Translations under genes and position numbers: made by a program
Assembly: GCA_013138805.1 (NCBI GenBank)
Contig: WTCA01000015.1
Span: forward strand, 1-57,273
From: an archaeon
GTDB taxonomy: Archaea > EX4484-52 > GLR71
DNA: 57,273 nucleotides
Direction of reading: 5' to 3'
The notes under the pieces: model-generated
Told to the model about the DNA's origin: nothing
The model's database searches: none
The model's input: only the letters and a program-made list of their open reading frames with translations
Shown: positions 17,258-26,463 of the stretch, in pieces
Layout: every line of letters starts with the position of its first letter
Numbering within the stretch: the stretch's first letter is position 1

Positions 17258-17530
17258 ATGATAACTAAATTCATTACGAAAGGAAAAGGTAAGAGCATGA
17301 AATTTATATCTATAAGAGCTATATTGCTTCTGTTTATTATATGTGGGTCTGTTTTATGTACCATAACTCCTTCAGCTTATGCCTCTGTCGATGATACTAA
17401 GGTCATAGGCGAAATTCCTGCAGGGTTTATTTTGGGTCTGACTGAGAATATCACAATACCTATAGTTATACAACTATTTATTGTAGCTTTTGTGGGGTCT
17501 GTATTATTGATACTTATAATGAAGTTATGA
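17258..17530 (+). CDS. hybrid mini-protein: degenerate leader A + signal peptide + GLTEN anchor module
   Basis: MITKFITKGKGKSMKFISIRAILLLFIICGSVLCTITPSAYA / SVDDTKVIGEIPAGFILGLTENITIPIVIQLFIVAFVGSVLLILIMKL. Confidence 0.75.
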   Translation: MITKFITKGKGKSMKFISIRAILLLFIICGSVLCTITPSAYASVDDTKVIGEIPAGFILGLTENITIPIVIQLFIVAFVGSVLLILIMKL

Positions 17531-17547
17531 ATGGATATGAGGATATT

Positions 17548-18297
17548 ATGACGACAAGGTTCATTACTAAGGGCAAAGGGCAGAGCAGGAAATTCATACC
17601 GCTCAATGACAAGGTGGCAAAGCCTAAGCTAAGTGCCAAGACCAGAAGTCTGATGAAGAGTCCGTTGGCTGACACATTCGACATTGACGTGGTCAAGGCA
17701 GTCACTGATGAGGTAGGTGCAGTCAAGTCTGTTGATGATGAGGGCAAGTTCTGGACGGTCACGACTGAGGACGGCAAGGAATACATGCTGTTTGAGGATA
17801 AAGACTTAGCCAAAGACTTTGCGGTGGAGAGAGTGGCAGATGACCTGAGCGACCAGCCTGAGCTGTTCACCCGTGACTGGCTGATGTCTCATGTTAATGA
17901 GGACGGGTTGCGAGACAGTCTAAGGGCTGATGAAGAGAACATGAATAGGGATTATGTCAATGAGATTGAGGATGAGGAAGATGCTGAGCATGGGACTAGA
18001 CTGAAAGCTGAGCTTATAGAGAGAGGTATCATAAGTGAGGATGCTGATGTCACAGACGAAGTCAAGGAAGATATGGTCGGTCAGATGACGGATGAACGTC
18101 TTGAAGACCCGATGGCTTATCTTGATGAGCTAGGGTATGAGGGTGAGAGACTCATGGATATCCTGACACCTCACATAGACCTTGATGAGGCTTCTGAGGA
18201 TGCAGTAGATACTGATGGTATGGCTCATTTCCTTGCCACCTATGACGGCGAGCAGGTGGACACTGCGACTGAGCATGTACTGTTCAGACAGAATTAG
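17548..18297 (+). CDS. Leader-A family protein (acidic body paralogous to leaderless 22536..23072)
   Basis: Track ORF 17527..18297. The ATG at 17548 gives MTTRFITKGKGQSRKFIPLND. Confidence 0.8.
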   Translation: MTTRFITKGKGQSRKFIPLNDKVAKPKLSAKTRSLMKSPLADTFDIDVVKAVTDEVGAVKSVDDEGKFWTVTTEDGKEYMLFEDKDLAKDFAVERVADDLSDQPELFTRDWLMSHVNEDGLRDSLRADEENMNRDYVNEIEDEEDAEHGTRLKAELIERGIISEDADVTDEVKEDMVGQMTDERLEDPMAYLDELGYEGERLMDILTPHIDLDEASEDAVDTDGMAHFLATYDGEQVDTATEHVLFRQN

Positions 18298-18310
18298 GAT
18301 TTGATTATGT

Positions 18311-18727
18311 ATGACGACGACAAGATTCATGACTAAGGGACGAGGAGCATCACGCAAGGTGATACCTCTTAAGTACGGTACTGCCGTCCAGAGATATAAG
18401 AGACAGAAAGCTGTGGTCTCAGGAGACATAGAACATCTCAAGACCAATAAGGCTAAGCTCATCTCTGAGCTGGGCACTGCAAAGACACATATGATGGATG
18501 TCATGAAAGATACAGGGCATACCCTCAGACTGCTTAGGCTGGATGCTGTGCAGTTGCGGGATACCAATAAGATGGTAGTCATAGCAAAAGTTCAGAAAGG
18601 CAATGATGTGTACCATCACGTCATCGATGACGTTGTCCTGAAAGAGAAGATGCTTGCAGACGATTTTCATAGGCTCATAGAATCCATAAAGTCTAAGTAC
18701 CATAAGACCATAGAGATCTGGAGATGA
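18311..18727 (+). CDS. Leader-A family protein
   Basis: MTTTRFMTKGRGASRKVIPLKY. 138 aa. Confidence 0.8.
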   Translation: MTTTRFMTKGRGASRKVIPLKYGTAVQRYKRQKAVVSGDIEHLKTNKAKLISELGTAKTHMMDVMKDTGHTLRLLRLDAVQLRDTNKMVVIAKVQKGNDVYHHVIDDVVLKEKMLADDFHRLIESIKSKYHKTIEIWR

Positions 18728-18732
18728 TTTGA

Positions 18733-19479
18733 ATGACGAGATTCATAACAGTCACGGGTAAGGCTGGCAGACGGGCAGTGCCGATAGACGGCAAGAAGAG
18801 TTCGGTATGTCCAATCAATATAGTGCCTTCAGGGATGCGTAATCTCAAGAGTGCGGTGACCAAATATCATGAGGGCAGGCTCAATGAAGCACTCAAGAAG
18901 ATAGAGACTGCCGACGGTCTCAAGAATGAGATGGGGTATGAGGGCAAGAAATATGCCGGTGACGATGATGCTGTAAGGGTTAAATTTACCAGATACCTGC
19001 AGACTGCACATGATAAGAAGATAGCTGAAGACATGGATAGGATCAAAGCTGTTGAGGGTGCAGAGGATTTCAAGGATGAGCTTGTCGTGACTGTCGAATG
19101 GAAGAAGAGCAGGATGTGGGGCAATAACCCGACAGCGCATACCAGTGACGGTGACCGGTCTGAAAGCATAGGCGGTTGCGGGTATGATAAGGAGAGCACG
19201 GCGATAGCGCAGGTGCTGAACCAAAACATGCCACTGCTGAAATTGATGTATAGCAGGAAAGACAAGGATCACAGCAGATGGAAAGATTTTGATGATCATA
19301 GTGATTATAACCGCAAGGTGCTGGGCTATGGGTCAGGGTACGGTATACTGCCACAGTTCGAGGGCGGTGTAGGTGTGTCATCGCATCAGAACATAATGAA
19401 GAACATAGGTCTGGAGATGCAACATCTGGTGACTACTGACCGGTCAGATACATATGTGATCAAGAAAGCTGGGAAGTGA
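18733..19479 (+). CDS. Leader-A family protein (degenerate leader)
   Basis: MTRFITVTGKAGRRAVPIDG. The body contains GGCGYDKESTAIAQVLNQ and GYGSGYGILPQFEGGVG motifs. Confidence 0.75.
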   Translation: MTRFITVTGKAGRRAVPIDGKKSSVCPINIVPSGMRNLKSAVTKYHEGRLNEALKKIETADGLKNEMGYEGKKYAGDDDAVRVKFTRYLQTAHDKKIAEDMDRIKAVEGAEDFKDELVVTVEWKKSRMWGNNPTAHTSDGDRSESIGGCGYDKESTAIAQVLNQNMPLLKLMYSRKDKDHSRWKDFDDHSDYNRKVLGYGSGYGILPQFEGGVGVSSHQNIMKNIGLEMQHLVTTDRSDTYVIKKAGK

Positions 19480-19484
19480 TATCT

Positions 19485-19700
19485 ATGGTACGAAAATTCA
19501 GGTCGGATGCACAGCGTAAGGCTGTCATGAGCAAGGTGAAAGATAATATGAATACTGGCTCTAAGAATATAAGTGCTATAACTATAGTGCATGATAAGGT
19601 GATAATGCCTATTAGTGCTGTTGAAGAGCGTGAACGCCTCATAGCTGATGGTTATAAGGTCTTAGAGACTAAGGGCAATGTGGTATATTTATATAAGTGA
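19485..19700 (+). CDS. Leader-B family protein
   Basis: Track ORF 19476..19700. The ATG at 19485 gives MVRKFRSDAQRKAVMSKV. GTGATATCT precedes the ATG, as at 19706. Confidence 0.8.
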   Translation: MVRKFRSDAQRKAVMSKVKDNMNTGSKNISAITIVHDKVIMPISAVEERERLIADGYKVLETKGNVVYLYK

Positions 19701-19705
19701 TATCT

Positions 19706-20125
19706 ATGGTAAGAAAATTCAGGTCGGATGCACAGCGCAAGGCTGTGATGAGCAAGGTCAAGGGCAGGACGGTGACGTTCAGGGTACCTGCCAAGAAGAT
19801 CCCTGAGCATTCTGAACCTATAGATGTTGGCAGGCTGACTTTCGATAAGATGAAGACCATGTCCAGAAAGGCTGGTCTGCACTGGTTCGATAAGGATTCC
19901 ATGAGCTTCTTCAATTCCAAGTTGCATGGGACTGTATTCGTATCTCCCGCCAAGAATGTGTATTTCATATCTTCTGAGACCTTTGAGGAGGACAATCCTG
20001 ACTATCCACGAAAGTATACCATCAGGCAGTTCAATCCCAGAGACGGTTCAGTCAGTGAAGTGGGCGGGTTTCAGGCATATGATACTTTCGGTGATGCAAC
20101 TAAAGATATGGTAAGGTTAGATTGA
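19706..20125 (+). CDS. Leader-B family protein
   Basis: Track ORF 19697..20125. The ATG at 19706 gives MVRKFRSDAQRKAVMSKV. Confidence 0.8.
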   Translation: MVRKFRSDAQRKAVMSKVKGRTVTFRVPAKKIPEHSEPIDVGRLTFDKMKTMSRKAGLHWFDKDSMSFFNSKLHGTVFVSPAKNVYFISSETFEEDNPDYPRKYTIRQFNPRDGSVSEVGGFQAYDTFGDATKDMVRLD

Positions 20126-20126
20126 T

Positions 20127-20579
20127 ATGGTACGAAGATTCATAACTAAAGGCAAGGGCAAGGGCAGGAAAGTCATACCTATATCTGGCAGAGCAACAGA
20201 GGTACCTGTAAAGGTCAAGCCAGACATATTGTCTAAGCCGTTCACTGAAGATATAACTTTATCAGGCAATGACTTCTTTATCGAGTATGATCCTAAGCAT
20301 AAAGGACTGTACCTGACTGAGAGGACAGACTACGTGTCTGGAGAAGATGATGAAGAAGAGATGGATGATTCATCTTATCCATATGAGACTTTTGACTTTG
20401 AACTGGTCAAGGACTCTAAGGTACTGGATAGGTTGATCAGGTCAGAGCTGGAATCGATAGTATCATCCACTGTTGTCGTGGACGGTCAGATACTGCGTGT
20501 GGACTGGTATCCTGAAGGTGAGGTGCTGGTCTTGGTATCTCTGCCTGACAACACAAAATATATATTCAAGGAAGTATAA
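20127..20579 (+). CDS. Leader-A family protein
   Basis: MVRRFITKGKGKGRKVIPISG. Note the MVRRF start, which is shared with leader B. Confidence 0.8.
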   Translation: MVRRFITKGKGKGRKVIPISGRATEVPVKVKPDILSKPFTEDITLSGNDFFIEYDPKHKGLYLTERTDYVSGEDDEEEMDDSSYPYETFDFELVKDSKVLDRLIRSELESIVSSTVVVDGQILRVDWYPEGEVLVLVSLPDNTKYIFKEV

Positions 20580-20598
20580 TAAAAGATAGGTGACCTCT

Positions 20599-21258
20599 AT
20601 GGTACGAAGATTCAAGTCGGATGCACAGCGCAAGGCTGTCATGAGCAAGATAAATGATAGAGGTAGCCCTACCATCAAGTACAGGACACCTAAGAGACAT
20701 CTGGATCTGGATGTCCGTGCGTATGAACTGGGCAACCTGAGAGTGTCCAAGGGCGGTAACTTTGAGAGGTTTCTGGATAATCTGATACGGTATTATAGGT
20801 CTGACAGCAAAGGTTCTGCTGTGCTGAGACTGAACCCATCCCAACGTGAATACATAGATATGAACCTTGATTCCTATGAGCTGGGCAATCTTGAGATATC
20901 TGAGGGCGGTAACTTCAAGAACTGGTTACAGAACCTGATACAGTTTTATATGCGTGACACAGGTCAGGATAAGGAGTACATGAAAGATGTCAAGGAACAG
21001 AGGGTCAGGGTAGAACGTCGCAGGAAGGTTGAGAGAGACATAAGACCTATGCTGGACAGGTTCAAGGAGATGACCGCATCTGCACTAGACCCTGAGCATG
21101 TCAGCGGTGGCGGTCTGACAGTGACTAAGGATGGAGAACTCATAAGCATGTTGCATTACAAAGGAACCCTTATGGAGAAAGAAGCACTGGCGGTGCTGAG
21201 ACCTGCACTGGAGAAGAAGGGGCTGAAGGTCTATGAGGAAGACCTGTGGTATCCATGA
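20599..21258 (+). CDS. Leader-B family protein with internal ~45-aa duplication
   Basis: Track ORF 20590..21258. The ATG at 20599 gives MVRRFKSDAQRKAVMSKI. YELGNLRVSKGGNFERFLDNLIRYY and YELGNLEISEGGNFKNWLQNLIQFY are duplicated. Confidence 0.8.
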   Translation: MVRRFKSDAQRKAVMSKINDRGSPTIKYRTPKRHLDLDVRAYELGNLRVSKGGNFERFLDNLIRYYRSDSKGSAVLRLNPSQREYIDMNLDSYELGNLEISEGGNFKNWLQNLIQFYMRDTGQDKEYMKDVKEQRVRVERRRKVERDIRPMLDRFKEMTASALDPEHVSGGGLTVTKDGELISMLHYKGTLMEKEALAVLRPALEKKGLKVYEEDLWYP

Positions 21259-21274
21259 TATATGATGTTAATAT

Positions 21275-22015
21275 ATGATGAAGGATATGGTTAAGATGAC
21301 AGGTACAAGATTTATCACGAAAGGCAGAGGGACGGGTAGGAAAGTCATACCTATGACCAGCAAGTCCAGATCTAAGGTTCCTGCACTGGACATGTCAGAT
21401 AGGTTCTATTCAATGCCTCAGTATATATTGCACATGACCCTTGATGAAGATGAACGTATATATCTACAGAAACTGCATGAGAATTATCAGCTCCTCAATC
21501 ATCTCAGGTTGGCTAAGAGAGATCTGATAGGTCATATAGGAGATGATACATATTCTGGCTGGGTCAAGCTGATGTGTGACATAGATGACGGCTCCTTTGA
21601 TGCAGATAGTTTCCTTAAGTCCAAAGGTGCATATAGATATCATCTCTTCACAGTATCTGTCGATCATAAGTTCAGGGCTGTGCTCAGGGCACAGGGTGTA
21701 GGGGACAGGTTCATAGATGATTTCCTGTATATCTATGGACGGCATTATAAGTTTGTGGGCATAGATGGACTCAGCTATGATATCAAGTTTCCTCTAGCGC
21801 ATTACGGTGACATGATAATGACATCTATGAAACCTGCATTCAATAAGTATATTGGGATGAGTTCTATATTTTATTTTAGGGATGATGATGATTTTAAAAG
21901 ATATACTGTATTCATTGACTTATCTTTTAAGGACAGATGGAAATCTTTATCTTCAATGATGGATAAAAAGTATCATGAAGCATATAAGGATAAGAAAGGA
22001 TATCTTAAGGTATGA
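21275..22015 (+). CDS. Leader-A family protein (body paralog of 14194 and 24001 genes)
   Basis: MMKDMVKMTGTRFITKGRGTGRKVIPMTS. The start could also be 21287 or 21296. Ends KYHEAYKDKKGYLKV. Confidence 0.8.
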   Translation: MMKDMVKMTGTRFITKGRGTGRKVIPMTSKSRSKVPALDMSDRFYSMPQYILHMTLDEDERIYLQKLHENYQLLNHLRLAKRDLIGHIGDDTYSGWVKLMCDIDDGSFDADSFLKSKGAYRYHLFTVSVDHKFRAVLRAQGVGDRFIDDFLYIYGRHYKFVGIDGLSYDIKFPLAHYGDMIMTSMKPAFNKYIGMSSIFYFRDDDDFKRYTVFIDLSFKDRWKSLSSMMDKKYHEAYKDKKGYLKV

Positions 22016-22038
22016 GCATCAAAGATAGGTGATTTGAT

Positions 22039-22503
22039 ATGAAATTCGTAAACGACAGACAGCGAAAGGCTGTCATGAGCCGGCTGAGGACGTACAGGGT
22101 TCAGGTACCTGTGTATAACGAGATCGAGGTCTTGGTGAAGGCGCCGGAGGGCGATCTTGGCAAGATAATGGATAAGGCGGTCAAGCAGGCTGAGATAGAT
22201 GAGCCTAAGACACCTTGGATGTATGACGAGGACAGTGCGGACGCATCTGAATGGGATATTGTAAAGATGGAAGATAGAGATGACAATGACAGACCTGTCA
22301 GTAAAGCATATTCTGTCAAAGGACTCAAGAAAGAGTATGCTGAAGATATTGCGAAGGTAGAAGCCCGCAAGGATGTCAGCACCTCTGAGAAAGAAGATAT
22401 AAAGAAGCGACTGAAACTTCTGCTGGATACGAATATCAAGATTGTCTCAAGAGATACAGGAGATACGAAGACCAGATTGGTCTCAACAGAGGTACCGAGA
22501 TAG
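22039..22503 (+). CDS. Leader-B family protein (short leader variant)
   Basis: MKFVNDRQRKAVMSRL. SD is TAGGTGA. Confidence 0.8.
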   Translation: MKFVNDRQRKAVMSRLRTYRVQVPVYNEIEVLVKAPEGDLGKIMDKAVKQAEIDEPKTPWMYDEDSADASEWDIVKMEDRDDNDRPVSKAYSVKGLKKEYAEDIAKVEARKDVSTSEKEDIKKRLKLLLDTNIKIVSRDTGDTKTRLVSTEVPR

Positions 22504-22535
22504 AGACAGGATCGAATAATCAAAGATGATGTTAC

Positions 22536-23072
22536 ATGACAGGTCAGATAGGTGACTGGTTCAGTCTAGATGTAGTCAGGGCAGTCACCGAGGTGACAGG
22601 CAAGATAAGGTCTGTTGACCGTGAAGACTATGAGGAAGATAGAGAGGGGCAAGAAAGAGAAAATAAGAGGGTATGCTGGCGGATCATCACTGATGACGGC
22701 TGTGAATACATGATGTTTGAAGACATCAGGTCTGCAGAGAGGTTCACAGTATGTCATGTCAGGGAAGAGATCAGGACTGAGCCTGAGATGTTCGACCATG
22801 ACTGGCTCATCACTTTCATTGACCTGCAAGGTATCTGTGATGATCACAGGGCTGATATGGCAGACGCTGACATAGGCGGTGACCCTGTCCAGCAACTTAA
22901 TGATGCAGGGTACTACGGCGAGAACCTGACCGATATGCTAGGATCTCGGCTTGATCTTGACAGGGCATCACAGGACATGGTTGATAAGGTAGGCTACAGG
23001 CATTTCCTGACAGGCGATGTGGACAGCATCGAGGTCACTGTCAGGACAGGGCATGTAATATTGAAGGTGTAG
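22536..23072 (+). CDS. leaderless paralog of the 17548..18297 body
   Basis: SLDVVRAVTEVTGKIRSVD...CEYMMFEDIRSAERF...PEMFDHDWL aligns with DIDVVKAVTDEVGAVKSVD...KEYMLFEDKDLAKDF...PELFTRDWL. Confidence 0.75.
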   Translation: MTGQIGDWFSLDVVRAVTEVTGKIRSVDREDYEEDREGQERENKRVCWRIITDDGCEYMMFEDIRSAERFTVCHVREEIRTEPEMFDHDWLITFIDLQGICDDHRADMADADIGGDPVQQLNDAGYYGENLTDMLGSRLDLDRASQDMVDKVGYRHFLTGDVDSIEVTVRTGHVILKV

Positions 23073-23077
23073 ATGAT

Positions 23078-23611
23078 ATGGTATTTAAGAACGATAGGCA
23101 GAGAAAGGCTGTCATGTGCAAGATAGGTCTTAAGCATGGCGGTAAGCTGGACAGCATGTTTGACCGGATACAGCTGGACAAGGGTACCAAGATAGAGATG
23201 GAACACACGGATGACAGGGCTGTGGCTGGGGCGATAGCCAAGGCGCACCTGATCGAGAACCCTAAATATTACCTGTACCTTGAGATGATGGAAGCGCAGA
23301 TGAAAGGCGATGCTAGGCTTGATGCCAAGATAGGCAAGGGCGACACGGTAAGGTTCCTTGACCTGTACGGACAGCTGAAGGAAGGCAAGGTCACAGGGTT
23401 CAGGACAGCCGATGACACTGACAGGACATCTGTGGTAGACATAAGGTCTGACGGCATACTGTACGGTGCGCCGAGAGAGAAGGTCATGAAGACAGGCAAT
23501 CCTCTAGGAAGCTATAAGGACTTTTCATCCTGTGTCAGTGCCAATCTGGACAAGAGAGACCCGAAAGCGTACTGCGGTGCGATCAGGCATAAGGTAGAAG
23601 GAAGGCGTTGA
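23078..23611 (+). CDS. Leader-B family protein (short leader variant)
   Basis: MVFKNDRQRKAVMCKI. The body has an EMEHTDDRAVAGAIAKAHLIENPKYYLYLEMME motif of the kind seen in some phage hypothetical proteins (recollection only). Confidence 0.8.
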   Translation: MVFKNDRQRKAVMCKIGLKHGGKLDSMFDRIQLDKGTKIEMEHTDDRAVAGAIAKAHLIENPKYYLYLEMMEAQMKGDARLDAKIGKGDTVRFLDLYGQLKEGKVTGFRTADDTDRTSVVDIRSDGILYGAPREKVMKTGNPLGSYKDFSSCVSANLDKRDPKAYCGAIRHKVEGRR

Positions 23612-23613
23612 CC

Positions 23614-23994
23614 ATGGCATTCAAGAATGACAGGCAGAGGAAGAAGGTCATGATGACATTGAAGTCAGGCATCAAGCCTGTGAATAGTTTTAAGGCATAT
23701 TCACCTGAACAGCTCAGGTCTAAGGCTGTCAGTGTATACATGACAGACAAGGTAGGCAGTAGTGTCATAGATGCATATCTTCAAGATAATCTTGACTTGG
23801 TCAACCATAAGGACTATGAGCTTATAACCAACCAGACCCTGTCAGGAAAACCTGTCAATGTTCTGGTCGTACTGACACAGAAAGCAGGGTATCGCATAGC
23901 TGACAGCAGGATATCTTCACAGTCTAAGATATGGGATATGAATATTACGACCATCAAAGACCTGACAGATTCAGGTTATGGATTATGGAAATGA
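23614..23994 (+). CDS. Leader-B family protein (short leader variant)
   Basis: Track ORF 23608..23994. The ATG at 23614 gives MAFKNDRQRKKVMMTL. Confidence 0.75.
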   Translation: MAFKNDRQRKKVMMTLKSGIKPVNSFKAYSPEQLRSKAVSVYMTDKVGSSVIDAYLQDNLDLVNHKDYELITNQTLSGKPVNVLVVLTQKAGYRIADSRISSQSKIWDMNITTIKDLTDSGYGLWK

Positions 23995-24000
23995 TACAGC

Positions 24001-24702
24001 ATGACGACAAGGTTCATGACCAAGGGCAAAGGACAGAGCAGGAAAATCATACCTATGAAAGGTAGGCAGGAGCCAAAGCCTAAAGGTATACGTCGTGATG
24101 TATCTGAACAGTTTTATGATATCCCTAAATATATACGGGATATTACTCTTTATGAGAATGAACGAGGTTATCTTATGGCTCTGCATAAGGATAGGCAACT
24201 GCTCAATCATCTCAGGAACATACAGGCTGGGTTGATATCCAATATAGGTGCAGTTGAGTATCATAGGCTTGTCGGTCTGTATGTTGACGTGCAACTGTCT
24301 GTCTTTGACATAGGTAAATATATGCGATCAAAAGGTATACCTGCCCTTATGTATTGGTTGCTTTCAACCTCAGATAAGTTTAAGATGATGCTCAGGACAA
24401 AAGGATTGTCTGATAAAGATATATCTGATTTTATGTATCTTCATGGCAATGATTATAAGTTTACAGGTATTGACGGCAATCAATATAAGCTCAGATCTTC
24501 AATCTTCTCTAGAGATACCATTACAGAAGACATGCAACCGTCTTTTGATAGATATCTTAATATGAGAACAACATTTCCTATAGGTGTCACAAAGAGAGGT
24601 AGATATGTGAAAGATGATAAGAGGATAGACCAGCTTAAGACCCTCTCTGATAAGATCTATCATAAGGCTTATAAGGACAAGAGAGGATACCTTAAGGATT
24701 GA
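24001..24702 (+). CDS. Leader-A family protein (body paralog of 14194 and 21275 genes)
   Basis: MTTRFMTKGKGQSRKIIPMKG. Ends KIYHKAYKDKRGYLKD. Confidence 0.8.
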   Translation: MTTRFMTKGKGQSRKIIPMKGRQEPKPKGIRRDVSEQFYDIPKYIRDITLYENERGYLMALHKDRQLLNHLRNIQAGLISNIGAVEYHRLVGLYVDVQLSVFDIGKYMRSKGIPALMYWLLSTSDKFKMMLRTKGLSDKDISDFMYLHGNDYKFTGIDGNQYKLRSSIFSRDTITEDMQPSFDRYLNMRTTFPIGVTKRGRYVKDDKRIDQLKTLSDKIYHKAYKDKRGYLKD

Positions 24703-24709
24703 TGATATT

Positions 24710-24985
24710 ATGACGACAAGGTTCATGACAAAGAACAAGAGACGGATACCCATCACCGACAGGTCTGCATCGCTCAAGCTCAGGGTACCCGCCCTGCCGT
24801 CATCAGGCACTGTCAAGAAGACCGTCAAGGTCAGCAAGGCTTTCGCCGGCGACAATGATTTCTGGCTGGTTCAGGAAGTGCATACTGCGGGCAAGGATGT
24901 CATAGCAGTCCCTGAATCCCAGATAGTCAAGGGGAAAGATAAGGCGGAAGCTTTGAAGAGACTGTATGAGAAACATCTGGGCTGA
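24710..24985 (+). CDS. Leader-A family protein (leader with internal deletion)
   Basis: MTTRFMTKNKRRIPITD. 91 aa. Confidence 0.7.
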   Translation: MTTRFMTKNKRRIPITDRSASLKLRVPALPSSGTVKKTVKVSKAFAGDNDFWLVQEVHTAGKDVIAVPESQIVKGKDKAEALKRLYEKHLG

Positions 24986-24996
24986 GAAGAAGTGTT

Positions 24997-25014
24997 CATG
25001 CTATCTTATATAGA
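24997..25014 (+). promoter_or_regulatory. recurrent promoter motif variant CATGCTATCTTATATAGA
   Basis: Ends 20 nt upstream of the ATG at 25035. Confidence 0.6.
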
Positions 25015-25034
25015 GAGAAAAGAAATGATTGTGT

Positions 25035-25325
25035 ATGGTACAGAAGTTCAGGTCGGATGCACAGCGCAAGACTGTGATGGCTAAGTTGGTCAGGAAAGAT
25101 AAGGTCATAAGACCTAAATCACCCGTATACAGACCATCATCTGCAGTGGCGTATATGGATACTAAGGATGGTAAGATAAAAGGTGTTGTAAAATACAATG
25201 ATTTCTATGAAAGATATAATTTGTTCATTGATGGGTCTCATTATGGTCAGTTCAAGAATTTTAATGATGGTGTTGATGAACTGAAAAGGTCGGGGTTCAA
25301 GAAGATAACGATAAGGGTACCGTGA
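25035..25325 (+). CDS. Leader-B family protein
   Basis: Track ORF 25029..25325 (TTG). The ATG at 25035 gives MVQKFRSDAQRKTVMAKL. Confidence 0.8.
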   Translation: MVQKFRSDAQRKTVMAKLVRKDKVIRPKSPVYRPSSAVAYMDTKDGKIKGVVKYNDFYERYNLFIDGSHYGQFKNFNDGVDELKRSGFKKITIRVP

Positions 25326-25330
25326 TTATC

Positions 25331-25657
25331 ATGACGACAGGATTCATAACGAAAGGAAAAGGTGCAGGCAGGAAAGTCATACCTATGTTTGACTTTCGCA
25401 AGGGCAAGGTCAAGCAGACAGTGGCAAGATCCAAGAAAGTCAAGATCAAGCCAGAGCCATGGGCTGTCATAATCGGTGAAGAGGTGAATGTCTTTGGCAG
25501 TCGCAAGGAAGCCATGGATTCTCTGGCTGACTATTCAGACACAGGTTATGTGTCTCTGGGCAAGAGACAGAAAGACGGGTCTTATGCTGTAAAGGTGCCA
25601 AGTCAGTACGGTGACGATGGGACTGCTACATTGATACTGACACCTTATGAGGAATGA
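25331..25657 (+). CDS. Leader-A family protein
   Basis: Track ORF 25322..25657. The ATG at 25331 gives MTTGFITKGKGAGRKVIPMFD. Confidence 0.8.
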   Translation: MTTGFITKGKGAGRKVIPMFDFRKGKVKQTVARSKKVKIKPEPWAVIIGEEVNVFGSRKEAMDSLADYSDTGYVSLGKRQKDGSYAVKVPSQYGDDGTATLILTPYEE

Positions 25658-25676
25658 TCTAAGAGCTGTGATTGTG

Positions 25677-25946
25677 ATGACAAGATTCAAGAGTGACAGG
25701 CAACGGAAGGCTGTGATGAGCAGGCTGTCAAGGGCTGGCATTGCAACAGGAATACATGATGATAAACCTGTTGAGTTCTCTATCGATCTGGTGCAGGCTG
25801 AGTTCATGAATGACGATACTGACATCAGCAACGTATGGGACTGGAAGAGCGGACAGAACCTGACAAGGATCATGGACGGTAGCCAGTGGGTCATAGCCAA
25901 TGTGGACAGGTACCCTGAAAGCAGTATACAGCTGATAAAGAAATGA
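25677..25946 (+). CDS. Leader-B family protein (A/B chimeric start MTRFKSD)
   Basis: Track ORF 25647..25946. The ATG at 25677 gives MTRFKSDRQRKAVMSRL. Confidence 0.75.
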   Translation: MTRFKSDRQRKAVMSRLSRAGIATGIHDDKPVEFSIDLVQAEFMNDDTDISNVWDWKSGQNLTRIMDGSQWVIANVDRYPESSIQLIKK

Positions 25947-25960
25947 TGATAGTGATATGC

Positions 25961-26449
25961 ATGACGACAGGATTCATAACGAAAGGCAGGGGTGCAGGCA
26001 GGAAGGTCATACCTATCAAGGACAGGCATACTGTCGCAGAGCCGAAAGTGACCAAGGACAAGAGCTACAATAAGGTGCTGTGGCAGGATATAGTCACCAA
26101 GGGCAGGAAGAGAGAGCCAACCGCACTGACTGGCGGTATGAACCATCTGGACGATTCTGAGATCACTACGATAGTCGCCACCATGGAGTTCTTCGATGCC
26201 ACCGACATCTGGATGAAGCAGACCGTGTTTGATCTGGGAGGCTTGCCTAGGTTCAGGGTGTTTGACTGGCTAGCCATGAATGTCATGGGCAGGAACGATG
26301 ATGACAGGCGACAGAATGAGCAGGCTCTGAAAGTGCTGGTTCATGCATGGACAAAGGCTGATGGAGATGTCAAGGGCTTCATCAGGAACCTGCGTGAAGA
26401 CGACTATGATGTTGACCGTAGCTGGGAAAAGATACAGATCGATATATGA
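25961..26449 (+). CDS. Leader-A family protein
   Basis: Track ORF 25943..26449. The ATG at 25961 gives MTTGFITKGRGAGRKVIPIKD. Confidence 0.8.
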   Translation: MTTGFITKGRGAGRKVIPIKDRHTVAEPKVTKDKSYNKVLWQDIVTKGRKREPTALTGGMNHLDDSEITTIVATMEFFDATDIWMKQTVFDLGGLPRFRVFDWLAMNVMGRNDDDRRQNEQALKVLVHAWTKADGDVKGFIRNLREDDYDVDRSWEKIQIDI

Positions 26450-26463
26450 TTCAAGTGATATGA

